A program made the position numbers and the translations under genes. A stretch of 64,000 bases of DNA from Leptospirillum sp. (GTDB lineage: Bacteria; Nitrospirota; Leptospirillia; Leptospirillales; Leptospirillaceae): positions 1,167-65,166 of the forward strand of contig DAIEST010000174.1 in the NCBI GenBank assembly GCA_027346125.1, written 5' to 3'. Under the pieces are notes generated by a model. The model saw only the letters and a list, made by a program, of their open reading frames with translations. It was not told the DNA's origin and did no database searches. Shown in pieces: positions 1 to 12,322 of this stretch. The stretch's first letter is position 1. Each line of letters starts with the position of its first letter.

Positions 1-76
1 TTCTGGCAGGCGCCTATCAACCACGTTCCCGCCCGGACGACAACCCCAGACCCGGATTCCGGATCAAGGAGGCTCG

Positions 77-517
77 CTAGGATTCCTCTCCCGTCACCCG
101 TGTTTCCGGTTCACCCGCTTTTCTTCCGGCGGGAAGATCGAACGTCGTGATTTCGATCCAGTGGTTGTCGGGATCGAAGAAATAGATCGAAAGGCTGATT
201 CCATGGTCGTCATATGTAAAAGGAATGCCTTTCATCCGAATCTCCCGTACTGCTTCGTGAAATCCCTCCAGATCGGTATTGAACGCAACGTGACGGTCGG
301 GAACCCGGTCGATTTCCGGTCCCTCTCCGGGATTTGGGGAATCGTTCGGAGGGTAAATGAGCGCCACACAGGTTTCACCCGCGCAAAGCATGGCGGGATA
401 GTCTCCCCATTCGCGCTCGTATCGTCTTTCGAGTCCCAGGATTTCCTCGTACCACCGAATTGACCGTTTCAGGTCCGAAACGGGGATCGCGACATGATCC
501 AGAAACCGGATCTTCAT
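77..517 (-). CDS. VOC/glyoxalase-family protein (146 aa)
   Basis: ORF 77..637 trimmed to the internal ATG at 517, which follows a GGAGGTG Shine-Dalgarno. MKIRFLDHVAIPVSDL... and ...FFDPDNHWIEI resemble glyoxalase/bleomycin-resistance/dioxygenase (VOC) repeats. Confidence 0.7.
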   Translation of the reverse strand: MKIRFLDHVAIPVSDLKRSIRWYEEILGLERRYEREWGDYPAMLCAGETCVALIYPPNDSPNPGEGPEIDRVPDRHVAFNTDLEGFHEAVREIRMKGIPFTYDDHGISLSIYFFDPDNHWIEITTFDLPAGRKAGEPETRVTGEES

Positions 518-769
518 AACTGTCACCTCCTTCCGGAAAAAACACGATGCCAAAAAGATTCTCCACGAATGCGGATTGTGCTTCGGGGTCCCGGTTTGAC
601 AATCAGGGAATAGGCCCATTAAAATGAGAATTCCCACGGAATTGATTCGATCAGATATTCTTGGCCGTCCCGTTCCGGAAATTTTCCGTTGATCGGCATC
701 TCAAGAGAAAACATCTGGAATATGCCGGCGGAAAGCCGGATTTCTCATTATAACGAACAAGGAGTGACT

Positions 770-1351
770 GTGTCCCAGTATCGTGTTCTTGCCGGTCCCG
801 AAGCCTTCCTCCCGCCAGCCGCTGCCCTGATGGGTATCACCCTGCCGGATCCGGGCCAGGGTCACATCGAAGGCCGTATCGTCTCCGAAGACGAAGCGAT
901 CGAAGCCGCCGCCCTGAAGCTTTCTTCGGCCAAGGTTCCCACATTCTTCCCCGGTCCCCAGGTCCTTTGGAAGTGGAATGAAAAATCGGCCAAGATGGCC
1001 AAGGCCATCAAGAAAGCCTCCGTCGAAGGCGGGATCAAGATCATCCCGATGTCCGACTATCGTCCAAAATACCCCAAGATCGACCCGGAAACCGAAATCA
1101 ATCCCAACCATCCGAATCTCACCATCTGGCACAACAGGATTGATGTCTGTCTGTTCGTAGGAGTTCATTGTCATCAGGCCAACCTGGCTCTCAAGATCAT
1201 TCGGGGCGGTACCTCCTGCTATACCTTGGCGTTCTGCTCCTTTGCCGGTCATGAAGACGCCAACTTGTCCATCCGGGATACCGGTCCGGAAAAGTTCGAG
1301 AAACTGACCGAGTTTCTGATCAAGATGCGGAAAAACTCCAAGGGCTTTTGA
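770..1351 (+). CDS. Conserved hypothetical protein; tentatively CO-dehydrogenase-beta/ACS-epsilon-like family
   Basis: ORF 689..1351 trimmed to GTG 770, 5 nt after AAGGAG. The family suggestion comes from memory of similarly sized proteins in Nitrospirae-type genomes and was not verified. Confidence 0.45.
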   Translation: MSQYRVLAGPEAFLPPAAALMGITLPDPGQGHIEGRIVSEDEAIEAAALKLSSAKVPTFFPGPQVLWKWNEKSAKMAKAIKKASVEGGIKIIPMSDYRPKYPKIDPETEINPNHPNLTIWHNRIDVCLFVGVHCHQANLALKIIRGGTSCYTLAFCSFAGHEDANLSIRDTGPEKFEKLTEFLIKMRKNSKGF

Positions 1352-1381
1352 TTGTTTAAAGTTTGGAGAGGTGGTTGCATG

Positions 1382-1409
1382 AAAAAACCCGCTATGTGGC
1401 GGGTTTTTT
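1382..1409. terminator. Rho-independent terminator, possibly bidirectional
   Basis: AAAAAACCCGC-tatgtg-GCGGGTTTTTT: a 6-bp GC stem flanked by an A-run and a T-run, directly after the stop at 1351. Confidence 0.55.
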
Positions 1410-1423
1410 CATGATCAAAGGCG

Positions 1424-1918
1424 GTGGTTCCTGTGTACGTCGAACAAAAATGGAAAATCAACCGGGAAAAAAACGAACACGCCAGGACATGTCCAGGTCT
1501 TGTATCCCCTGATCAGGCAAAGGGAAAAATCCTGCAGGAAACACTTTCTCTTACGCTGCCCGATCAATCCCGCCTGACAATCCTCCTGTTCGAACACGGA
1601 CTGTTTTCCGTCGTCGGAGATATGTCTTTGCAACCCGCGCAACTTCTCCCGGTTCTGGAGAGCGTCCGCCAAAAGATCGAACCCCTGTTTCCGGACTTCT
1701 ACCGAAGACTGGACCAGCTGGCCGAAGACGACCGGAGAATACAGGTGCTGGCACGGATGGAGAACATCCTCGGGGCGATCCGGAACAACGCTTCATCACA
1801 TCCGGAACTGCTGGCATCAGTCAAGGCTCTGGTCGAAGAACTGGAATCCGGCGAAATTTCGCCGGGTTGCGGTGTCCCGGAAGATCAGGGCTTCCCGAAA
1901 AATCGGGAGACGAGGTAG
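1424..1918 (+). CDS. Hypothetical protein
   Basis: Open frame only, with no recognisable motif and an uncertain start. Confidence 0.3.
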   Translation: MVPVYVEQKWKINREKNEHARTCPGLVSPDQAKGKILQETLSLTLPDQSRLTILLFEHGLFSVVGDMSLQPAQLLPVLESVRQKIEPLFPDFYRRLDQLAEDDRRIQVLARMENILGAIRNNASSHPELLASVKALVEELESGEISPGCGVPEDQGFPKNRETR

Positions 1919-2121
1919 AACAAAAGCGACAGAAGAACGCTCAGGAGGAGACCTGTCATAAGAGGGAAATAGAATCTGAACCCCGGACGCTCCACGACGA
2001 TATCCCCGGGAAGATGCCCCAGAACAGAAAAAATCCCCCGCCCCGCTCCCTTCTCCACGAAAAAGAATATCCCTGCCAACAGAAAACAGACGATCCCCAG
2101 AACGAAAAACAGGCGCGACAT
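1885..2121 (-). CDS. Small membrane protein, DUF2905-like (78 aa)
   Basis: Internal ATG overlaps the nadA stop (TGATG). MSRLFFVLGIV...LPGDIVVERPGFRFYFPLMTGLLLSVLLSL matches the remembered DUF2905 pattern. Confidence 0.55.
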   Translation of the reverse strand: MSRLFFVLGIVCFLLAGIFFFVEKGAGRGIFSVLGHLPGDIVVERPGFRFYFPLMTGLLLSVLLSLLFYLVSRFFGKP

Positions 2122-3092
2122 CAAGACATCTCGATCATCCGGTCCAAGGCTTTCCTGGCGTTGTGAAGGATCGTTTCCGGCAATTCGATTTCCGGTGCCA
2201 TATCTTCGAGAGCCCACAGGATTTTTTCAAGCGAATTGACTTTCATGTTGGCACAGTCGCAGGACGTGCAGGCCGGAATGAACTCCTTGTCAGGATTTTC
2301 CTTCTGAAGACGGTAAATCATACCAAGCTCTGTTCCCACAACAACCTTCCGGGCAGGGTTCTCCCGAACAGCGGTCGCCATGCGGCTGGTGCTCGACACG
2401 ACATCGGCTTTTCTTGCAACCTCCGGCTGACATTCCGGATGAGCGATGACAAAAGCTTCCGGATGCTCTTCCCGGGCCCGATCGATATCTGTGGCCATGA
2501 TCCGCATGTGCGTCGGACAAAACCCTTCAAAGAGCACGAGCTTTCGGCCGGTTGCGCGCTGGACAAAATCTCCGAGAAACTGATCCGGGATAAAAATGAC
2601 CGGTTTATCCTCCGGGATCGAGGAAACAATCCGGACAGCGTTTGCCGACGTGCAGCATATGTCGCTTTTCGCCTTGACCGAAGCCGGAGAGTTGACATAA
2701 GTCACGACGACCGCACCGGGGTTTTCCCGACGGAGTCGGTCGACCTCTTCCGGCGTGATCATGTCGGACATTGGACAACCGGCTTTCAGGTCCGGAACGA
2801 GCACTTTTCGGGAAGGGTTCAGGATCTTGGCCGTTTCCGCCATGAAATGAACGCCGCAGAAAACAATGACGTCGGCCTCCGTGGAAGCGGCGTAACGGGC
2901 CAGCTCCAGGGAGTCTCCAATCAGATCCGCCACATCCTGAACTTCTCCGATCTGATAGTTATGCGCCAGAATAATCGCGTGATGTCTTTCCTTCAAAAGC
3001 CGGATTCGTTCGACAAGCCCCGAGAGTTCAGGGTCGGTATCCGTCCGGACCAAAGCTTCGTAAGTCTTCATGGTTGAAGCCTCCATGGTCAA
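2121..3092 (-). CDS. nadA: Quinolinate synthase
   Basis: 323 aa. AHNYQ..EVQD.AD..GDSL.LA and VFCGVHFMAET, with the Cys-containing C-terminal half typical of NadA. Confidence 0.9.
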   Translation of the reverse strand: MTMEASTMKTYEALVRTDTDPELSGLVERIRLLKERHHAIILAHNYQIGEVQDVADLIGDSLELARYAASTEADVIVFCGVHFMAETAKILNPSRKVLVPDLKAGCPMSDMITPEEVDRLRRENPGAVVVTYVNSPASVKAKSDICCTSANAVRIVSSIPEDKPVIFIPDQFLGDFVQRATGRKLVLFEGFCPTHMRIMATDIDRAREEHPEAFVIAHPECQPEVARKADVVSSTSRMATAVRENPARKVVVGTELGMIYRLQKENPDKEFIPACTSCDCANMKVNSLEKILWALEDMAPEIELPETILHNARKALDRMIEMS

Positions 3093-4138
3093 GCTTCCCC
3101 GGAAACGACCCGCTCGGCGATTTGCACGGCGTTGAGAGCCGCTCCCTTTCGCAGGTTGTCTCCCACGATCCAGAGGTTCAGACCATGTTCGACAGAATCG
3201 TCCTGGCGGATCCGCCCGACAAAAACGTCGTCCTGGCCAGCCACTTCCCGTGGAACGGGATACAGTTTTCGGGAGGGATCATCAAAGACCCGGACGCCTG
3301 GCGCCTTGGCCAGGATCGCACGTGCCTCGTCAGGAGAAAGAGGCCGCTCGAATTCGATGGATACGGCTTCCGAGTGCCCGATGAGAACAGGGACCCTTAC
3401 GGTGGTCGCACTAACCCGCAGGTCACTGATTCCCAAAATCTTCCGGCTCTCCATCTTCATCTTTTCCTCTTCCTTGGTTGAACCGTCCGGAAGAAACCTG
3501 TCGATCTGGGGAAGAACGTTAAAAGCAATCTGATAAGGAGCGTACACCTCCGGCTGAATGTCATCGACTCGTCCGTTCAGGAGGAGAGCGATCTGACCGG
3601 ACAGTTCGTCCATGGCTTTTTTCCCGGTCCCCGAAACCGACTGATAGGTCGATACAACGATCCGTCGAACACCCGCACGGTCGATCAGCGGCTTCAAGGC
3701 GACGACCATCTGAATGGTGGCGCAGTTGGGATTTGCTACCAGGGCCGGTCCCAATGTTTTCGGCAGGGCCTCGGGATTGACCTCGGGAACGACAAGAGGA
3801 ACCTGAGGGACCATCCGGAACGCCGAACTGTTGTCGATGACCAGGGTACCCTGCCGGACAAACTCGGGGGAGAGAGCCTCGCTGACGTCGCTTCCTGCGG
3901 AAAAAAGGGCGATATCGATATCTTTCGCATCGCGGGGATTCTTCATCGAACGGACGACAACGGATTCTCCCTTGAACGAGACTCTTTCACCGGCCGATCG
4001 TTCCGATGAGAAGAGATGGAGAGAAGACACGGGAAAATTCCGCTCTTCCAAGATGGATACCATTTCCCGACCGACCGCTCCGGTAGCACCGACGACGGCT
4101 ACCCTGTATCCGATTTCCTGATTCGACATTTCATACAT
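3089..4138 (-). CDS. asd: Aspartate-semialdehyde dehydrogenase
   Basis: 349 aa. VAVVGATGAVG Rossmann motif, NPNCATI active-site Cys, and QSVSGTG. Confidence 0.92.
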   Translation of the reverse strand: MYEMSNQEIGYRVAVVGATGAVGREMVSILEERNFPVSSLHLFSSERSAGERVSFKGESVVVRSMKNPRDAKDIDIALFSAGSDVSEALSPEFVRQGTLVIDNSSAFRMVPQVPLVVPEVNPEALPKTLGPALVANPNCATIQMVVALKPLIDRAGVRRIVVSTYQSVSGTGKKAMDELSGQIALLLNGRVDDIQPEVYAPYQIAFNVLPQIDRFLPDGSTKEEEKMKMESRKILGISDLRVSATTVRVPVLIGHSEAVSIEFERPLSPDEARAILAKAPGVRVFDDPSRKLYPVPREVAGQDDVFVGRIRQDDSVEHGLNLWIVGDNLRKGAALNAVQIAERVVSGEA

Positions 4139-4148
4139 CCTTTACTCT

Positions 4149-5255
4149 TTACTTTTTCTCCAGCACTTTTTTGAACTCCGCGAACACGTGATCTCCCATT
4201 TCCCGGGTTCCCACGATCTTTTTCGTCCCGTCTCCCTGGATGTCCGTTGTCCGAAGTCCCTCTTTCAGGACGTTTCGGACAGCCGTCTCGAGAAGACCGG
4301 CCAGATCATCCCGATCCAGCGAGTAGCGGAGAAGAAGAGCCAGCGAAAGAATCATGGCAAGAGGATTGGCGATGTCCTTGCCGGCGATATCCGGAGCGCT
4401 GCCGTGAATGGGTTCGTACAGGCCCGTCTTCCCCCCGATGGAAGCGGAGGCAAGCATGCCGATCGACCCGGTCAGCTGGGCTGCCTCGTCGGAAAGGATG
4501 TCGCCGAAAAGATTGCCGGTGACAAGAACGTCAAACTGCCGGGGATTCCGGACCAGCTGCATCGCGGCGTTATCCACATACATATGCGATAGTTCGACAT
4601 CCGGATATTCCTTGTGAATCGCATTGGCAACCTCTCTCCAGAGGACGGAAGACTCGAGAACGTTGGCCTTGTCCACCGATGTGACCTTTTTCCGTCGTTT
4701 TCGCGCAAGGTCAAAAGCCACTCTCATGATCCGTGCAATCTCCGGTTCGGAATAGGATTCCGTGTTGAACCCCCGGCGAACCCCGTCTTCCGTGACGATA
4801 CCGCGGGGTTTTCCAAAATAGATCCCTCCGGTCAGTTCGCGTACCACCATAAGATCGAGATCGGAAATGACTTCCGGCTTGAGGGTCGACGCTCCGGCGA
4901 GCTCCGGAAACAGACGGGCCGGGCGGAGATTCGCAAACGCCCCAAGATGTTCCCGTATTCCGAGCAACGCACGCTCCGGCCTTTTTTCATAGGGAAGGGT
5001 ATCGTATTTCGGCCCTCCCACCGCTCCGAGAAGGACGGCATCAGATCGATCCGCTTTTTCGACCGTGTCGGCGGGCAAAGGGAGGCCGGTGCGGTCAGTG
5101 GCGATTCCGCCGATCAGACCTTCTTCCCACTCCAGAGACACCACCCCCCATCCGACGAGATGCTCCAGAATTCTCATGACGGGACCGAAGACTTCCGGAC
5201 CGATTCCATCCCCGGGAAGGAGAAGGATTTTTCTCTTTCGTTCTGCGTTTTTCAT
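4149..5255 (-). CDS. leuB: 3-isopropylmalate dehydrogenase
   Basis: ORF 4149..5318 trimmed to the ATG at 5255 ([22 protein letters not shown]). [25 protein letters not shown] is the isocitrate/isopropylmalate dehydrogenase signature. Confidence 0.9.
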   Translation of the reverse strand: MKNAERKRKILLLPGDGIGPEVFGPVMRILEHLVGWGVVSLEWEEGLIGGIATDRTGLPLPADTVEKADRSDAVLLGAVGGPKYDTLPYEKRPERALLGIREHLGAFANLRPARLFPELAGASTLKPEVISDLDLMVVRELTGGIYFGKPRGIVTEDGVRRGFNTESYSEPEIARIMRVAFDLARKRRKKVTSVDKANVLESSVLWREVANAIHKEYPDVELSHMYVDNAAMQLVRNPRQFDVLVTGNLFGDILSDEAAQLTGSIGMLASASIGGKTGLYEPIHGSAPDIAGKDIANPLAMILSLALLLRYSLDRDDLAGLLETAVRNVLKEGLRTTDIQGDGTKKIVGTREMGDHVFAEFKKVLEKK

Positions 5256-5280
5256 CCGTGCCCTTTCAAGTCGGAGTCCC

Positions 5281-6879
5281 TCAGGATGTTTCCTGGATTT
5301 CCGTTTTTTCACTGTCAAAAGAGGAGATGGAAGACAATCGTCCCGCTTTCGTCTTCTTCCGTTCGAGCCGGTTCAACGCCGCCAGATAGGCTTTGGCCGA
5401 AGCCACCAAAATATCGGTATCCGCTCCCTGACCGATCGACAAAAGCCCGTTGCCGTCGATCCGGACCGTCACCTCACCCAAAGCGTCTGTGCCGCCGGTG
5501 ATCGCCTTGACCGAATAAGAAACCAGTCGCGCATCCGTTCCCGTCATTTTGGAAACGGTCCGATATATGGCGTCGACCGGACCGTCACCCAATCCTGCCA
5601 TCCGGTGTTCGACTCCGTCCCGCTCGAGAACAACCGTTGCCGTCGGAGGGATCTCCGTTCCCCCGCTCACATGGAGCCGCTTCAGAACGAACCGATCCTG
5701 ACTCTGGGATCCTTCCTCCGTCAGCAACACCTCCAGATCCTCTTCGTACAATTCCTTTTTCTGGTCTGCGAGTTTTTTGAAACGGGAAAAAACCCTCTCG
5801 AGTTCTTCGGGGCTGAGGGAATACCCCATCGCTTTCAGACGATCGTTCAACGCGTGTCTTCCGGAATGTTTTCCGAGAACAAGACGTCCTCCCAAGACCC
5901 CCACCTGTTCGGGGACCAGAATTTCGTAGGTATCCTTGGCTTTCAAAAGACCGTCCTGATGAATGCCCGATTCGTGTGCGAAAGCGTTCTCTCCGACAAT
6001 CGCCTTATTGGGCTGGACAATCATGCCGGTTACCGATGAAATCAGCCGACTGGTCCGGAAAATCTCTTCGGACCGTATCCGTGTCTCCAGATTGAACCAC
6101 GGCTTCCGGACCCGAAGTGCCATCACGATTTCTTCCAGCGCGGCATTGCCGGCACGTTCTCCGATTCCGTTCACCGTACACTCCACCTGACGGGCACCAG
6201 CCTCCAGGGCGGCAAGCGAGTTGGCGACGGAAAGTCCAAGATCGTCGTGGCAATGACACGAGAAAACAATGTTCTTCGCTCCAGGAATCGTGTCGATCAA
6301 AAAGCGGAAAAGATCTTTGACAGCATCCGGAACGGCGTATCCAACCGTATCCGGAATATTGATTGTTGTGGCACCGGCTTCGATCGCCGTCCGGACAGCC
6401 CGGGCAAGAAAAGTCCGGTCGCTCCGGAACGCGTCTTCCGCGGAAAACTCGACATCTCTTACATTCTTTCTGGCGAGGGTTACAGCGCGATCAATGGTCA
6501 GAAGAACTTCTTCCGGTCCCATTCGAAGCTTCTTGTCCATGTGGACGGGACTGGTCGCAATGAAGGTATGAATTCGGGGAAGACAGGCGTTTTTTACCGA
6601 ACGCGCCGCTTCCAGAATGTCTTTGTCTGTCGCTCGGGCAAGGGCACAAATAACCGGAGGATCTGACAAGTTTCCGACCTCTGCAGCAATCTGTGACACA
6701 GCTTCGAAGTCGTCCGGAGAAGCGACCGGAAACCCAGCCTCTATCACATCAACGTTCAAGCGAGCCAGTTGTCGGGCAACCTGCAGTTTTTCTTCTCTCT
6801 GCATGGATGCTCCGGGACTTTGCTCTCCGTCTCTGAGCGTTGTATCGAAAATTTTCACCATGCTGTTCTCTCCAGCCAT
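5281..6879 (-). CDS. leuA: 2-isopropylmalate synthase
   Basis: 532 aa. [14 protein letters not shown] and [16 protein letters not shown] motifs plus a C-terminal LeuA dimerisation/regulatory region. Confidence 0.92.
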   Translation of the reverse strand: MAGENSMVKIFDTTLRDGEQSPGASMQREEKLQVARQLARLNVDVIEAGFPVASPDDFEAVSQIAAEVGNLSDPPVICALARATDKDILEAARSVKNACLPRIHTFIATSPVHMDKKLRMGPEEVLLTIDRAVTLARKNVRDVEFSAEDAFRSDRTFLARAVRTAIEAGATTINIPDTVGYAVPDAVKDLFRFLIDTIPGAKNIVFSCHCHDDLGLSVANSLAALEAGARQVECTVNGIGERAGNAALEEIVMALRVRKPWFNLETRIRSEEIFRTSRLISSVTGMIVQPNKAIVGENAFAHESGIHQDGLLKAKDTYEILVPEQVGVLGGRLVLGKHSGRHALNDRLKAMGYSLSPEELERVFSRFKKLADQKKELYEEDLEVLLTEEGSQSQDRFVLKRLHVSGGTEIPPTATVVLERDGVEHRMAGLGDGPVDAIYRTVSKMTGTDARLVSYSVKAITGGTDALGEVTVRIDGNGLLSIGQGADTDILVASAKAYLAALNRLERKKTKAGRLSSISSFDSEKTEIQETS

Positions 6880-6927
6880 TTTGATCTCCTATGCAATCCG
6901 GATTGAATTCCCTCAGGAAAATCCGGA

Positions 6928-7764
6928 TCAGGGCTTACGTCTGTTCAACCCTTTCAGATGCGAAAGACGAGAAGAAGAAAAATCTCTCGTCGACGGTTCC
7001 GGATCCAGCGTCTGGGGTTTTTTGACAATAAACCGGAAAAGAAGAAACTCGGCAGGACCGGACAGGGTATAGAGAAAAATACCGACGAAGAGGGCCTGGC
7101 GGGGGTAGAGGACAAAAAGCAGCGCAACCAAAAGAACGGAAACGAACGTGTGGAGAGGCCTTTTCAAAAAACGAATTTCCTTGAAACTCTTGTAGAGGAC
7201 TGGACTCACCATCAGAATCGCAACAAAATAGGTCGATGCTAGGAAAAAACCGCTCGAAAGTGGAAAAATAATTGAAATCGGGCTGTTTTTGGCCAACTCC
7301 GATGAAACGAGAAATAAGGCACCGGCCGGAATCGGAAGACCCACAAAATAACGGCTTGAAACCTTGGTTGTGATGACATTGAAACGTGCGAGGCGCAGTG
7401 CGCCGCAAACCGCGAACAGAAAAGCCGCCAGAAGGCCAAGCCTATGGTACGAAGAAAGATCGGAGTTGAAAACCAGAAATGCGGGTGCAACACCGAAGGA
7501 AATCAGGTCGGCAAGACTGTCATATTCGACCCCGAACTGGCTTGTTGCGCGGGCCAGACGTGCGACCTTTCCGTCGAGATTGTCGAAGATCGAAGCGATC
7601 AGAATCGAATAGGCGGCTTTCAGAAAATCATGATGAAAGCTCTGTACGATCGCAAGAAAACCGAAAAAGAGGTTTCCCGTCGTAAACAGATTGGGGAGAA
7701 TATAAATTCCGCGTGATCGGGGGATCGTCCCGTCAGACGGACTGTTCTGATGGTAGTGTTCCAA
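6928..7764 (-). CDS. pssA: CDP-diacylglycerol--serine O-phosphatidyltransferase
   Basis: 278 aa, multi-pass membrane protein. DNLDGKVARL....FGVEYDSLADL is the CDP-alcohol phosphatidyltransferase motif. Confidence 0.85.
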   Translation of the reverse strand: MEHYHQNSPSDGTIPRSRGIYILPNLFTTGNLFFGFLAIVQSFHHDFLKAAYSILIASIFDNLDGKVARLARATSQFGVEYDSLADLISFGVAPAFLVFNSDLSSYHRLGLLAAFLFAVCGALRLARFNVITTKVSSRYFVGLPIPAGALFLVSSELAKNSPISIIFPLSSGFFLASTYFVAILMVSPVLYKSFKEIRFLKRPLHTFVSVLLVALLFVLYPRQALFVGIFLYTLSGPAEFLLFRFIVKKPQTLDPEPSTRDFSSSRLSHLKGLNRRKP

Positions 7765-8386
7765 GGATCGACTCTCCTCCCTTTACCCGCTGTCCCATTC
7801 CGACCGACAGAATTGTCTTTTCCGGAAGGTCCAGATCCACTCGGGATCCGAACCGGATCAGGCCAAAAGTGGTTCCCGCGGGTAACCGGTCGGAGATTTC
7901 CGCGTAACAGACAATACGACGGGCGATCAGGCCCGCGACCTGGGTCATTGAGATTTCCTGACCATCTTCCGTTTGAAGAAGAAGGGTGTTTCTCTCGTTA
8001 TATTCGGACGCCTTGTCCAAGTCCGCATTCAAAAATTTCCCGGGAACATACGTGATGTTCCGGACGACAGAAGTCACCGGAATCCGGTTTACGTGAACAT
8101 CGAATACATTCATGAAGATCGCGACCTTCCATCGTCCCGTTTGGGGATCCTTCTGCATTTTGACAATTTTTCCGTCGGCAGGAGAGACGATGTTTCCTTT
8201 GCCGTCCGGAACCTTTCTGTCCGGATTTCGGAAAAAATTGAGCACAAACAGGGGGATCAAGCCAGCGATCAAACCCGCCGTCCCCAAAAAATACAGGCAA
8301 ACGAGAAAGATTCCCAACGCCAGTCCGACGAACGGAATTCCTTCCCGAACGACAGGAGTCTTGAAATGATTTTCAGAAATCCGCAT
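7733..8386 (-). CDS. psd: Phosphatidylserine decarboxylase proenzyme (short form)
   Basis: 217 aa. The FGSRVD (G-S cleavage site) region and an N-terminal membrane anchor are present, and the gene is adjacent to pssA. Confidence 0.82.
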   Translation of the reverse strand: MRISENHFKTPVVREGIPFVGLALGIFLVCLYFLGTAGLIAGLIPLFVLNFFRNPDRKVPDGKGNIVSPADGKIVKMQKDPQTGRWKVAIFMNVFDVHVNRIPVTSVVRNITYVPGKFLNADLDKASEYNERNTLLLQTEDGQEISMTQVAGLIARRIVCYAEISDRLPAGTTFGLIRFGSRVDLDLPEKTILSVGMGQRVKGGESILGTLPSEQSV

Positions 8387-8398
8387 TGTCGGCAGAAA

Positions 8399-10042
<1,644 letters not shown>

Positions 10043-10046
<4 letters not shown>

Positions 10047-11788
10047 GCGGTCAGTATGGAATCTCTTTTTTTAGGATCGTCCTTTTCACCCGGTGATTCA
10101 AAAATCATCTCGATGTTGGATCCTCCCGCCGGTACCATGGGAAAGACGTTTTCTTCCGGATCGACCTGAAACTCCATCAGGACCGGTCCACGCCGGGAAA
10201 ACCCGTCGAGAATAACATCTTCGACCTGCTCGGGGCGGGTGGCCCGCATCCCGATCATTCCAAACGCCTCGGCCAGTTTGACAAAATCCGGAGATTGTCC
10301 GATGAAGGAAGAAGAATAGCGGCTCCCGTAGAAAAACTCCTGCCACTGTCGAACCATTCCCAGATATTGATTGTTGAGGATCACGATTTTTACCGGAAGG
10401 TCCAGAGAAACGACCGTGGCCATTTCCTGGATATTCATCAGAAAGCTGCCTTCTCCAGTAATTGCGATCACACGTTTTCCCGGATGGGCCTTTTGGGCAC
10501 CGATCGCTGCCGGAAAGCCATATCCCATCGTCCCGAGGCCACCCGAGGTCAACCAGGTGTTGGGTTTGATAAATTTAAAGAATTGTGCGGTCCACATCTG
10601 ATGTTGTCCGACGTCCGTTGAAACGATGCAGTCGCCCTGGGTGAACTGGTAGATCTTTTCGATAACATGTTGCGGTTTGATGACTTCCTTGTCGAGTGTG
10701 TAACAGAGAGGGTGTTCCTTTTCCCATTCCGAGATCTGTTCGATCCATGGCTGGTAATGGCGAAAAGCGTCCTCTCCTCCGGAGATTTCCCGAAGTTCTT
10801 CGATCAGATCTTTCAGGATGACGCGGGCATCTCCCACAATCGGAACATCCACGTGGAAATTTTTGCGGATGGAAGTCGGATCGATGTCGATATGGATGAC
10901 TTTGGAATGTGGAGAGAATTCCGCGATCTTGCCGGTAACCCTATCATCGAAACGGACTCCGACGGCGATCAGGACATCCGCGTCATGAATTGCCATGTTC
11001 GCGGCATATGTCCCGTGCATTCCGAGCATTCCCAGAAACCGCGGATGATTTCCCGGAAGAGCGCCGAGACCCATGAGAGTGAGCGTTGTCGGAATGTTCG
11101 TCAGGGTAACCAGATCAAGAAGTTCCTTGTGGGCATCGGAAGAAATAATTCCCCCGCCAGCGTAAAGAACCGGTTTCCGGGATTTCAGAATCGTCTGGGC
11201 CGCTTTTCGAATTTGCCAGCGATTTCCCTGTATCGTTGGATTGTAGCTTCGAATAGACACGGTTTCCGGGTAAACGAAATCTCCTTTTTCGAGGATGATA
11301 TCTTTTGGAAAATCGATCAGAACGGGACCGGGTCTTCCGGTTCTGGCAATGTAAAAAGCTTCCTTGATAATTCTCGGCAGGTCCGAGATCTTCCGGACCA
11401 GGAAATTGTGTTTTGTGCAGGAACGGCTCATACCGATAATGTCGGCTTCCTGGAAAGCATCGTTTCCGATCATCTTCGTGGGAACCTGGCCTGTAATGAT
11501 CACCAGAGGGATGGAATCCATGTTGGCATCTGCGATTCCGGTCAGTGTGTTTGTCGCCCCGGGTCCGGAGGTAACGAGAACAACTCCGACCGTATTACTT
11601 GAACGGGCATACCCTTCTGCTGCGTGAACCGCACCCTGTTCGTGCCGTGTCAGGACAACCTGGAGGGAAGGATCCTTGTACAGGGCGTCGAAAACAGGAA
11701 GGACAACTCCCCCGGGATATCCGAAAATATGGGTTACTTTTTCCCTTTTCAGGGACTCAAGGAGCATTTCCGCTCCGCTCATTTTCAT
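10043..11788 (-). CDS. ilvB: Acetolactate synthase large subunit
   Basis: 581 aa. ThDP enzyme motifs (GYPGG, GPGATN, GLGTMGYGFPAAIGA..., ILNNQ.LGMV.QWQ). Confidence 0.93.
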
Positions 11789-12322
11789 GGAACTCTCCTT
11801 CAGCGGATGAATATCCCGGGGCGGGGAGTGGATATATCCGGACTTCTCATGTTCTTTTTATCAGTCATCTTGTTATATGTCATAAAGATTCATTCTAGGA
11901 CAGCCTTCGGGAGGGGTCAAGTCGACAACAACCTGTGCTCCGGGTCACTTGGTAAATGGAATCGCGCTGTTATTGTGTATTTTGTTTTTATTCTTTCTTT
12001 AAGGAATGAAGTAACAGTAAGAGACAGGCCGGTCTGTGGAAAAAAAATTGTTTATAATGATGGCAGAAGGATTTGTCAGGTTCGTCGGACAGTGAAAAAC
12101 CCGGGATATTCCCGTTGGTTGAATTGTCTATTAACCTTCTGATACGATCGCCACCATCGAATTCGAGCGGTATTCACATTCCGTTCACTCCGCTTCCACA
12201 GGGCTTGTGGTCCTGTTCCCGAGTGTATCCAGATGATTCCCCATATCCTTAAGGAAAAACAGGATTTCCACAGGTGTTGAAAAAGTGTTGGGCCAAGATC
12301 GGGTGGAGGTACGGGCGCAAAT
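11789..12322. other. Putative chromosomal replication origin (oriC) and dnaA promoter region
   Basis: A 534-bp non-coding gap upstream of dnaA-dnaN-gyrB-gyrA. AT-rich tracts lie at about 11,850-11,900 and 11,957-12,065. One DnaA-box 9-mer is consensus-fitting: TTTTCCACA (12035-12043, minus strand). Two have one mismatch: GTATTCACA (12170-12178) and ATTTCCACA (12264-12272). Confidence 0.5.
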
